The position numbers and the translations under genes are program-made. From Lepidodermella squamata (lineage: Eukaryota; Animalia; Gastrotricha), in assembly GCA_047495785.1 (NCBI GenBank), contig JBLDXI010000017.1:2170001-2234000 (forward strand): a DNA stretch of 64,000 nucleotides. Reading direction: 5' to 3'. Below, in pieces: positions 53,559 to 64,000 of this stretch (positions are counted from its first letter, which is position 1; each line of letters opens with the position of its first letter). The notes beneath the pieces were generated by a model. It did no database searches. It worked only from the letters and a program-made list of their open reading frames with translations, and was not told where the DNA came from.

Positions 53559-56024
53559 ATGGAAGCATCAGCAGTTCAAAATTTAGACCAAATCGTTACA
53601 TCGATTCAAGATTGCATATTCGTGCGAGAGCTCGGTTTCGGCAGCTTCGGTCGGGCCTTTTGTTCCCGAGTCAAAGTCACCCTGCCAAATAAAACCTCAG
53701 ACTACCTCCCAGTGGTTGTCAAAGAAGTCGACCCGCGTTATGTCGCGCAGGTATGCGGCGTTTCTTGCTCCGAACTTGTCATGCAAGAATGGGCCGCATT
53801 TCAATACACGCGACATCCTAATGTCCTTCGAACTTTCAACGTATTTTTCGAAGAAGGCAGGCTGTATCATTTTCAGGAGTACTGCTCCGAGGGCAGTTTA
53901 CAAGCTATCTTAGACGGTCGAGCTGGCAAACCGATTCCTGATGCTAGGCTCCAATTATGGTTCGGCCAGCTGACTAATGCCCTAGCTTTCTTACATGAGA
54001 AACAAATTTTACATTGCGCAATTAAGCCTGACGTAAGATTCTCGCCACCTTAATTTTCATTAAAAACCTCTTTTTAACCTAGAATATTTTGGTCACCTCG
54101 AAATATGCCATAGTCAAATTAGCAGACGCAGGGACAGCTCATCTTTTACTGAGGTTACTCAGGAAAATTGTCATTTTTATTTAATTTTCGGCTCAAATAG
54201 GATTGAGAAAGCAGAGTCCCACAATGAAGTTATTTTGACCACCTTAGCTCACTACCCACCTGAAGTTTTTACGACCAAAGACGAGCGTAACGGCACGAAG
54301 ATTGATTTATGGATGTTGGGTGTCGTAGTTTACCAACTGGCCACTGCTCAGTTACCGGTAAGCTCTTCCTTAAAATGCTATGAGTCACGATAATTCTGCT
54401 TTTCAGTTTCCTAAGACCGATGCAAAGACGATTGAAGATGCTATTATAAAGTATTTTTTATTAATAATCACAATGAGATTTTAAATTAAGTTCGATTTTC
54501 TCAAGTTCAACTCCGAAACCTATAGGGGAGGGCTATCCGCCTACCCTGCAAGCTTTGTTAAATAAAATGTTGGAAAAAGATCCCGAGAAACGTTGCGATC
54601 TCAGCGGGGTGATTGACGATCCTTATCTGGATAAATTCATGAGCGCATCCGGAGCAGGCCGCCGCTTGAAACGAACCTCGTCTAATAAAGGTGTCATCTT
54701 GGCATCAGCGGAACAAATTCAAAAGCATCTTCAAGAGGTCGTTTGATTCCGAAACTTACAATAATAATCTAATTTTTGTGATTTTTTAAGATGGAGAAAC
54801 TGTCTTTCCACCGGAAATGGCCGAAGAAGCCGAATCGGGTTATGCTAAAAACGCCCTCAAATGTTCGAGCAATTTTGCCTGTTTTAATCGGAAACGATCG
54901 GTACCAATCAATTTACATCGTTTGCGCTGATGGTGATATCATGGTTCGATGATTTTTACAATTTTATGGAAAATAAATGTTTTCACTTTTCAGTTTCTTT
55001 CAACTTTGGACAATTATCAAAGCGTGATATTTACGAGCCGAGTTTATATTGATATCGACGAAAATGACTCTAAGGATAAATTCGGCATTTTCCACGCGGC
55101 TTATGACGAGAAATCTGATCGAATTTTCTATGTGCTGATCAACCCACATCGTGAGCATATTTTCTATTCAAGTCGAGACGAAATAACCCCGAAACGCGAG
55201 GCACTGATTGCTAATTCGAAAACGTCCTGCCGAGTCAAACTCAAGCCTTTCACTTCGCTGGATCTGACCGAAAAACGGCTGTTCTACGGCCTGGCAATCG
55301 ACGCAGAACGCCGGCATTTATTCGCTGGCTCGAATAAGGACATCACAGTTTGGTCATTGGGCCAGCCAGATTCGCTCGACTCGCCTACTCAGCTGCTAAG
55401 CGTCATCAAATGTGACGATATTGACGGGAAAATTTCGATAGAGCCGCGGTATTTGTCGTACTCGCCTGTCGGCCAGCCGAAATTAGCTGCTGTAGACTAC
55501 GTCAACAATAAAGTTACACTCGTTTTCTTCAAAATGCCCGAGGTAAAACCTGATGAAGTTGCTACTGTAGCCGATGAAACCGCTGCAGCTGTGCGGATAA
55601 CTCCGCCTGATATTAAAACAAAAAAATTGCTAGCTTCGAAATTCAACGACTTCCCCGCTGAACTCGGCTCAGTCTACGGGCCCTGCGATGTTTGTTTCGA
55701 CTCTTCAGGCAATCTTTTGCTAGCCGACTATTCCAACAAGCGAATTCAGGTATGATGAGCGTAATTTCGTAATTTCGTATAATTTTACTATTTTGGCAGA
55801 TGTTTTCGTTCAGACACCCGGACAAGTCTGGTGTTTTGAAGCAGCCGCAAACGTCATCGCAGCCGCAGCCCCTTCCGAGTGACGATATCAAGGCGCATAT
55901 TAGAAGCATTTGGACGTCGGATTTGATTCAAGGCGGACCTTACCGCATTGCTATTGTGAAAGGCGTAGAGCCCCTCATGGTTGTATCGCAGCAATCTACC
56001 ATGGAAGTTTTGTGTTTCCAATGA
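53559..56024 (+). CDS. NEK-like pseudokinase with a C-terminal NHL-like beta-propeller (multi-exon)
   Basis: LGFGSFG, VVVKE, HPNVL, EYCSEGSL, HCAIKPD|NIL, VKLADAG, YPPE, DLWMLG, DPEKR; C-terminus YGLAIDAE, PRYLSY, GPCDVCFDSSGNLLLADYSNKRIQ, GPYRIAI. Confidence 0.82.
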
Positions 56025-56285
56025 ACGGAGAGATTGTTTTCGCTTTCTTTCATATGAAGTAAATAATTGTGATAAATTCAAGAAAGAATCTTGTTAATTC
56101 AAGGACTGGTTCATTTGCTCAGGTATAGATCGCACTTATTGACAATTCACCGTAAAAGCTGGGAAAAAATGATCAGAAAATTCGAGACCACGATTCAGAT
56201 CCGACCATACATGTCCCTACTCAGTTTAGAACGACTTATAACATAAGCATATCCTTAGCATCTTTTGAATAACTCGGATTTAGTG

Positions 56286-56405
56286 AACTTGTTTACATCG
56301 GTGTTAAGGTGACAGGTAAAATTTTATTTTTTGCCTATTCATTTCACGTAAAAGGCCATTTTTTACTTGTCAGCTATACCCCCTTAACACTGATGTAAAC
56401 AAGTT
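56286..56405. mobile_element. MITE-like foldback element (120 bp)
   Basis: 24-bp terminal inverted repeat aacttgtttacatc(g/a)gtgttaagg with 1 mismatch, plus an inner 12-bp inverted repeat tgaca(g/a)gtaaaa; no clear target-site duplication. Confidence 0.55.
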
Positions 56406-57294
56406 TGAATGCAACGCTAACATGCAACGATATGTATGCCTCTCACGCGCAGATTTTATCACACGAAAACATGTTTTTTGTCTTTCTTTCTTTTGTTTTT
56501 TTATGGTTTTTTTACCTTTTAATTATAATATTTTTGTTTGCAAAACTCAGCATCAAAGTTCATTGTTAATTGATGAATAAAGCACATATATGGTAACAAA
56601 ACTGGGAAAAGGGAATAGGAAATTAAGGAATCCTTAACGCTGTTCAGGGCAGAAACGAGATGCCCGAGGGCGTAGTGAAGCGAAGCCCGAAGTGCTAAAT
56701 CTGGTACGGTGAAACTGTAAAGAAAAGATATAAAATGTGTTTAAAAGGTTCAATCTCGTGAAAATACCGAAATTCTCTGCAATAAAATAAAAAACTCCAA
56801 AATTATTATATATTCGCCCCACGCATGAGTACTCAGGAACAGTTATTCAGGGTTAAAAAATGGCAAGCACTCACTTTTGTTATATAGCTCGGTACAATTT
56901 TTTTCACTCACCATATGAATCACCTATCCGCTAACGTTTTATATCAACAAATTCCCAGTTCTACCTGCTCACCGGTCAGTATGGTGACGCGCTAATGGAA
57001 GTCAAACATGATGCGCATAAATTGACCTATGTGGGGATCAGATGCGGCAATAATATTCCCAATGAAAAATAAAAAAATTATTTGCTCGATTTGGAAACAT
57101 GTATATTGTGTACTACATCGTCGTAGTTCTATCCTACGCGCACTCGACACATTTAATTCTGAAGCCGTACTTGTTTTGCAACGTTCTCCCACACACGATT
57201 GATACCGTTGGGATTCAGTCACTATCGAAAATTTGTAAACAGTTCGAGCTGAAATCTCATTCATTTAATAAAACAATATTTTCAACTTTTCGCC

Positions 57295-57702
57295 ATGTTG
57301 TCATTTTCAGCAATTTTTCTGCTCCTTTCTGTGATTCTATCGGACAGCTATGTTTCAGCTAGATTTCCGCTAAGAACTTACCGCACCCAACCCGACAAGG
57401 CAACTGAAGTTATCGATAAGGATACCGGTCGAAAACTTGTGGCAAATCGATTTCTAAGAATAAACCCGGCAACTACTACCACGGTCCGGCTGTCTACTAT
57501 GGTCAAATCTGACGAAATTTGTGGCGTTAATCCTATCGATGCGCTAGGCGCCATTCTGAGAATTCCTAATCTGAATATCACAAATGTTGAAGCAACAATG
57601 AAGCAAGTTACGAAGAAATATCCGAATTTCAATCGAATTTTGAGTAATCGATATAAGGCCTACCTTTCCTGTCTGTACAACATGGAATCCAACTACGTCT
57701 AG
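57295..57702 (+). CDS. Small secreted orphan protein (135 aa, intronless)
   Basis: Signal peptide MLSFSAIFLLLSVILSDSYVSA, two Cys, AATAAA downstream at about 57801. Confidence 0.7.
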   Translation: MLSFSAIFLLLSVILSDSYVSARFPLRTYRTQPDKATEVIDKDTGRKLVANRFLRINPATTTTVRLSTMVKSDEICGVNPIDALGAILRIPNLNITNVEATMKQVTKKYPNFNRILSNRYKAYLSCLYNMESNYV

Positions 57703-58449
57703 CGGCTTGAACTATTCAAGTTTAGTTTTTCAAATGATTTTAAATTTCGCTGGCTCGAAAATATTAATGCTTCATTTTATTGTAAAAATGCATCCATTTT
57801 AATAAAACATGATGATTCAATTTTCTTCAAAAGGCACTCGCGAGACCACTAATTAACTGTGCAATTAATGCAGCTAATATTATACGTATATTGCGATACA
57901 AAAACAGTGTAATTGGATATAATTTCATTAATTTTATTACTCAGATTTTACAGTGGGACGCGCGCGTCCACGTGAAGCGCTGAAACCATAAAATAAAGAG
58001 AGAGAGCTGTAAAATGGCGTATCCTTATAAGCCGCTTATTCACGCAATTGTTTTCCGTGCCTTAATCGCTATAAGGTGGACACAATGCGAAAAAGAAGTG
58101 ATATTAAAAACGCGAGATGAAAAATTTGAATTAATATTTCCTCAAGCCGGTTTTCTCGCTAAAATCTCCGGAGCTAAGTATAGTAGCCTCTCTACAACAA
58201 AGAGATGGCCAATCGCTATCTTTTGTTTATAAAACGTCTCCACATCTTTTATAATTAAACAGAAAAACGGTTCTCAGCAGCGCTTGACGGTTTAATCTGT
58301 TTGGTTTTGTCAGTTTTAACACATACATAACACTTTATGCGACAGGTAATTATTCGCCGTCTCTTTGTAAAAATGGCTTTGTTTTTTCCTCCGGCTGTAA
58401 TTAGAGAATTTTAACGCTTAATTAGAAAAAATTGTAATGCGCGGGTGAA

Positions 58450-59826
58450 ATGAAAATTTTAAAATTTGCCGTTGTTTTCGGCTGCCTCATGCCGATCGCC
58501 GTTACTCACTTCATTTACCAACCTCGTTACGCGCCGAATCGATATCGGGGCAGATTTTACAACCCCTACCAGCCTCGTCCCAGGAAGTTTATTCCATATC
58601 GGAAATATGCGATTCATGATTATCAACCGCAATATTCTGTTCGCTTGTTGCCTGCTCCTACCCTTCCTGTTTCGCCATGGAATTCCGAAAATTATCCGCC
58701 TTATCAGCAAAACTTTTCGCCTCGGAATAGCTTCGCAAATGTACCTTACTTTCGGTATGGCCCACCAGCCAACCCTCAGTTGATGGAAGGGTCGAAATTG
58801 CGAGTTTACAACCCGGCTAGTGGTACAAATCGTCGCATCCCAATGAGTCACCGCCCGACTCTGATGCCAAAGGACTTACTCGAGCACCAACTGGCAGAAC
58901 CGCCTCTCGACCCGCCTAATCGAGATGGAACTCAATATTTCGACCGAGGCAATTCGCCGGCGAAATCGGAGCCGGAATGCATCGAATACCCCGATTTTTA
59001 CCTGTCATGCTGTAGAAACAAGGTAAGGCTGAATGCTGAATGCTGATTTTTTCCACGTTTTTTTTCATCCTAGGCTTATGATGTCAGATTACATTTATGT
59101 GCTCAAGGTCGTCTTGTGATATTGAGACGGCGCCCGAAAAAAATTCCATCGAAAAAGCGCCGTCGCACAACAACTACAATATCAGTCCCTATTACTACAA
59201 CTTCACTAGCCCCCAGTTTAACAGCGATTCATAATCGCAAGTTGGACAGCGAGTCCGATGAAAGATCAACCGGAAATCTGGATGATCTATTCGAAATGAT
59301 ATCGCATTTTATGGAAAAGTCGCCAAGCTATAAGGATTACCTGCTTCGGACAACTAAATCGCCGCCTTCTGTTACCACAGCAAACCAGATCGATAAAGTT
59401 GGGATATACATGCTACGATGCCGTAGTAAAACGTGGCAAATCGGCGATTCTGTCAAATTTTTCGCCTGCTGCCAATCAACGCTGTTTGACACGCGGAAAC
59501 TGCTATGTGATCAGCCGGTCGATCGGCCTATTTTAGTTTCGCATAAATCGGCTTCTCAGTCTGAGTTGGACGAATTTCCTAGAGCGCCTGTCCTTATCCC
59601 AGAGCAGGCCAAAGCTGCAGCAGTGAATGGCACTTCTCGGCCTGAGATGCTGTACCCAACTAATCCATTGCAAAGTCTAGCGAGTACTGACGATTTTTTC
59701 ATCAATTTACTTAAGGAGGAGCTTCAAAAATCACAACAGGCAGCTCAACATCAACGCCAGAAACAAAGCAAACTCGAGGTCGAGTCGATTCAAAACGATG
59801 CTTTAACGCAGGACTCGAATGGCTAA
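58450..59826 (+). CDS. Secreted Pro/Tyr/Arg-rich protein with galaxin-like di-cysteine repeats (2 exons)
   Basis: Signal peptide; YQPR repeats; YLSCCRNK|AYDVRLHLCAQG and FFACCQSTLFDTRKLLC; intron 59023-59073 in frame. Confidence 0.7.
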
Positions 59827-60098
59827 GGAAGCCATTGAGGCTATTCATAAAATAGAATCGAGTCTTTACTGGTCGTGTATAAAAATTAAAACATAAATAA
59901 TATAATATAAATCAGACTGAAGAACAGAAAATATACCGTATAAAAATTTGCTCAAATAAAATGATTTTTTTCTGTAAATAAAGCCTTATCTTAGGTTGAT
60001 AACTATAATGCAGTCGTATAATCGTCGACTCACTTCAAGGCGGAAGCAGATAAGATCCTTCCTCATTCAGCGATTTTTTTCCCTTGTAAATTTCCAAA

Positions 60099-61148
60099 AT
60101 GGGTGCCTGTCAGCTCTGCGCAAGAATAACGATGATTTCCTTGAATTTCATCGCTTTGGTGAAATATTTCCTAAGTTTTTCAAATTTTATAAAATCAAAT
60201 TTCAAAACCAATAGTTGGTAAGCCTAGCAACGCTAGTTATTGGCAGCTGGATGATGGCGGATATAATGTCATTACTAAAATCGCTTATGCCTGGTGTAAT
60301 TTTCGACTGGGATCGATCGCAAGTAATCAAAGACGCAGGATTCACGATATTCATAGCCAGCCTATTCGCAGTTATACTATGTACCTTCGCCATTGCAGGA
60401 GCTTGGAGAAAAGTTCGGATCATCCTAGTCCTCGTAATAACCCCTAATAGATGATGGATCTATTTTTCCTTTTTTTTCCTTTTTTTAAACCAGTACATCA
60501 GTGCTATGTTTGTGACATTCGCAATGCTGTTTATTTCTGGCGTTGTTGCTTTAGCTCAGCCAGAATTGGTTAGTTGTACACTGCTCGTCATCGGCAAATC
60601 ACGGTTTTAATGTCCCCACAGGTCGAGCAGTTTGCAACGAAATCGCTGGAAACCGAGGTCATTTTGAAGGTCGACAACGGCCTACTAGATTACGCCCACG
60701 AAACCGTATACAAAAATCCCCCCTAATTCATATAAATTATATATTGATAAAATTTAAAAATTCCAGTACGGCTGTTGCGGTATCAAAAACATGACCACAT
60801 GCGACCAGGTAGAAACTTGGCAGAAAAATCGGCTAATTCCACTAAATTTTTCAATTCAGGACTATCCGCCTTTCGATATTTGCAAAAATGGCACAAATCT
60901 CTGCAATTACGTAAGAATTAATTGATCTAAAGTATGAAAAGTAACCTATAGGGCTTTGAAGGGCTGTTTGGAACCAGTGATGGAGTACCTAATATCACCT
61001 TTCACTGGAATAGCCGGCATCACTCTTCTTCTCCTCTCATCAATAACAGTAAGTCACCTGAATTCAAGGATATCACGTTTCAATTATTGTTATTTTATTT
61101 TAGTTTTTCGGCGTCATTTTTTCTTGTTGCCTGTATTGCTCGTTATGA
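60099..61148 (+). CDS. Tetraspanin
   Basis: MGACQLCARITMISLNF; four TMs with AIAGAW; DNGLLDYAHET|YGCCGIKNMTTCDQ|DYPPFDICKNGTNLCNY|GCLEP; ends SCCLYCSL-TGA. Confidence 0.88.
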
Positions 61149-61214
61149 AAAAAGATAATAAAATTTACGTACTGAAAGTTTTATTTTTTATATTTTCGGG
61201 AATGATTCAACTCG

Positions 61215-62281
61215 TCATAAGGGCGGGCACATTCCATCAGTGCTCGAAGCAGAAACCGCCCCGAAAAGGGTCCAGCCCGTGTAACGGTAAAGTGACTCGA
61301 TCCCTGCTTCGCCCACCGCCGATAGCATCAGCCCACATTCACAGAAGAAGCTAAGCGAGCAGAGGAAACACAAAAGGGAAGGCGCATTCTTCTCGAGATA
61401 AGCTTTGAGGAAAAGAACGACGCCTTGTACTGAAAATAGCGATACTAAAAACACGACAGTAATGATGCTAAAGGTTGTGCAAAGGTCTTTGAAGTAAGGA
61501 TCAGAGCCATCGCTGTCTAGGCATAGGTAGGACCAACACATATTGGACGCAGCCATTTCGAAAAATACCGTCAAAGCAACGCCCATGTGAATCATAGCAC
61601 AGGTACCCCGAGTTGGCGATTTCGAATCCTTAAACACAGGATCGGAATTTTTATGAGTTTCATTCTGAAAAATTATCGAATTTTCAGGTCATTTTCTGAA
61701 GCATGAAAATGTAGTTCTACCTTTGTCGGAAATATTCCGATAAAAATGAGGGAAAATGACGCTAGGCAATCGAAAGCTAGCCGTAAGGTGTCACTGTCCG
61801 ATGTGACATGGGAAAAATATTCGACACATTGAAGAAGTAATAAGGAGGCCGCGAGAACACAGCAAATCATGAGGAGCATCCAATACGGTCGTTTTTCAGG
61901 GTCGCAACAGTGGCTTGAAATCGTGTCATACCGCCATCCACACCCTCCCTTACCAATACATTCCGAAACAATGCACCATAAATAGGATATCAGGCAAATA
62001 AAGACAACAGTAAGGACGATACAAGCCAACAATGGGATAGCTGCAGCTTGTAGGACGATTCCTATTGAGGATATCGTGAATAGGATGCCAATGAAAAGGT
62101 CTTTAGACACCTTGAGGCCTCCATCGCTACCTCCTTCAGTCGTACCATTAGTGTCACGTGGCTCAACAATTAGGCGGGCAATATTTGCCAGAGCGCTGTA
62201 ATACTTGTCTTTAGTCACCTTACGCGATTCGTAGCAGGGTGAGACAAACAATAACAGAAAAATAACGGTAACCGCAGCCAT
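61215..62281 (-). CDS. Multi-pass membrane protein, possibly Frag1/DRAM/TMEM150-like (2 exons)
   Basis: Signal-like N-terminus, many TMs, YDTISS, IGIFPTK|DS...IHMGVALTVFF; family call tentative. Confidence 0.55.
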
Positions 62282-62439
62282 TATTTTTAATCACTCAAGA
62301 AGTGTCAGAAAAGTCTGTAAAACTTCTTTGTACTTTATCTGGAATAATTTAAGGCGTGTCATCGTCAGCAGCGATAAGATAAACACATCGGGGAATGGGG
62401 GAGTATAGATCACACAAGTAAGGTTCAAAGATTTCTATA

Positions 62440-64000
62440 TCAGTGTTCAGCTATGGCTAAATTCACCCTCTCGCAAACTGCCCCAATATTAGCCGCAACG
62501 AAAGGGACATTATAAGCTGAGGACACCCAGTTGCGAGCATTGCATGGTACATCGTTCCAGCCAACAGCAAATTCCTGGGGGAAATTCAAATTAAGCAAAA
62601 AAAATCATTAGCATCAGGAGAAAAATCACCTCCCAAGATTGGTAGATAACACAATCGTCATTCCCATCTTTGTTATCAGGGTAGCCAGGCCACCAGGCTC
62701 TGAAATGCCACGTTTCCAGGTAATCCCCGTTTGAAATCCACCTCCACTTGTCCGTGCCATGGCCAGCACGCCTGAGACCTATCCAAGCATTCTTCATAGG
62801 TTTTTCGCCTATTCAAATCGAGAAATCATGGCTTTTTTATTAGCTGAATGATGATAGCTGATTTTACCACTTAGTAGCAGGCTTCTGATGAATGTGTCGT
62901 CATTGCAAGACCGAACTGAAGCTAACTTTGCTCCAACATTTTCGCAAGCTTTTCTCGCGTCTTCGAAATTGAACGACCCATTGATGAGAAAAAGCTTAGC
63001 TGTAAAAACATTTTTTAATTACGTCATATCAAATCGAACTTTCGTACCTCTTCCACATAATCCTGGCTTCGTCCAGGTCGCATCTTCCTTGCACGAGATC
63101 GAATCAGCTCCAATCAGGTTGAAATTGGTCGAACACTCAACTTTACGTTTAGATCCGACTGCAAACGATCCAGATAGAATGAAGCCATTGGGAATAGTTG
63201 GCGTTGGCCCACAATCTAAAAATGATTTGAATACTGATATTGCCCGCTCTTCATCCGCCTTAATTTTACCCCGTAGACAGCGGCTGTTGATATTCCACAC
63301 GCCGGCACTTGTGCAAGTGATTACGTCAGTTCCTTGAAGCGTGAATCCTGAGAAGCATTGCACCTTACGCTGCTCGAACACTTTGGCTGGCCCAGGGGAA
63401 ACATATCCATTCGCAATCATAGGATTCGGATCGCAAACGATATCGACTACCGGGGCTATAGATGATGAAATAGTATGCCAAATAGTAGAGACAGAGTGAA
63501 AACCAACCTGCTAGCTTCGTCTCTCGTTCGACTGGAGGAGCTGGTATCGGAAGAGGAGGGGTGACTATGAGCAAGTCTTGCTTGTCACTAACATGTTTTC
63601 TCAATATCTCCGAGTCGATCAATAAGTTTGACTCAGGGTGAGAAGGATGCGTCTCGCATGTTCCTAGTCTAGCTGTCCACGACCCGTCACCCAGGCAGAC
63701 ACTTTCTGTAGCTCCATTGACTACCTGGTAACCGATTTGGCAGACCAGGCGAACCTTTGAGCCTGGTAGGTAAATTCCGGAAGATTTGACTCGAACGCTC
63801 CTAGTTACCGGGGCGATGTGGCCGTTGCTGACGTTGAATGCCGGATCTGGGCAGCCTTTCCGGCCAGGAATGCTTACCCACTTCTTATGATAGCCTGTTT
63901 ATTAAAATTGAAAAGTTGTAGAAAATAAAGTAAATTTGGGGCTATTTACACTCTCCAATATCGTCAGACCACCGTCCATTGTCCAGACATACTGCCAGGG
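62440..64000 (-). CDS. Sushi/CCP-repeat and C-type lectin domain protein (5' end outside the window)
   Basis: Several CCP modules (CDPNPMIANG...VQCFSGFTLQGTDVITCTSAGVW; CGPTPTIPNG...CSTNFNLIGADSISCKEDATW); C-terminal CTLD (AWIGL, WWPGYPDN...DCV, GWNDVPC, AVCE). Confidence 0.85.

Overview
Gene-dense eukaryotic DNA, not prokaryotic, from an invertebrate animal with a compact genome. Most introns are GT-AG and about 45-60 nt. A spiralian/lophotrochozoan source is plausible given the PIF-like chitin-binding/LamG gene, but this is inference. The left part holds two divergent runs of housekeeping genes (minus: small ORF, PPM1A/B, GSTZ1; plus: COX8, PIGN, ERLEC1, PFDN6). Their junctions show a poly(A) signal followed 30-55 nt later by an unpaired splice acceptor, as expected for operons resolved by SL trans-splicing. 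A lone divergent H4/H3 histone pair with stem-loops follows. The rest is lineage-specific membrane/immune-like content with unusual architectures assembled by hand from splice sites: (1) a 634-aa tetraspanin fused in-exon to a complete HUWE1/Tom1-like HECT E3 ligase, one of five divergent tetraspanins; (2) a 1688-aa secreted CCP-trypsin-CCP protein with about 25 or more sequon-rich ankyrin repeats; (3) a TIR-NB-ARC-ankyrin NLR-like gene; (4) tandem intron-containing DODA/LigB dioxygenases; (5) a pseudokinase-beta-propeller, a Mug135_C-like coiled-coil protein and a degenerate 2OG-Fe(II) oxygenase; (6) tandem ENPP genes and a partial CCP/C-type lectin gene. All family calls come from motif recognition; no searches were run.
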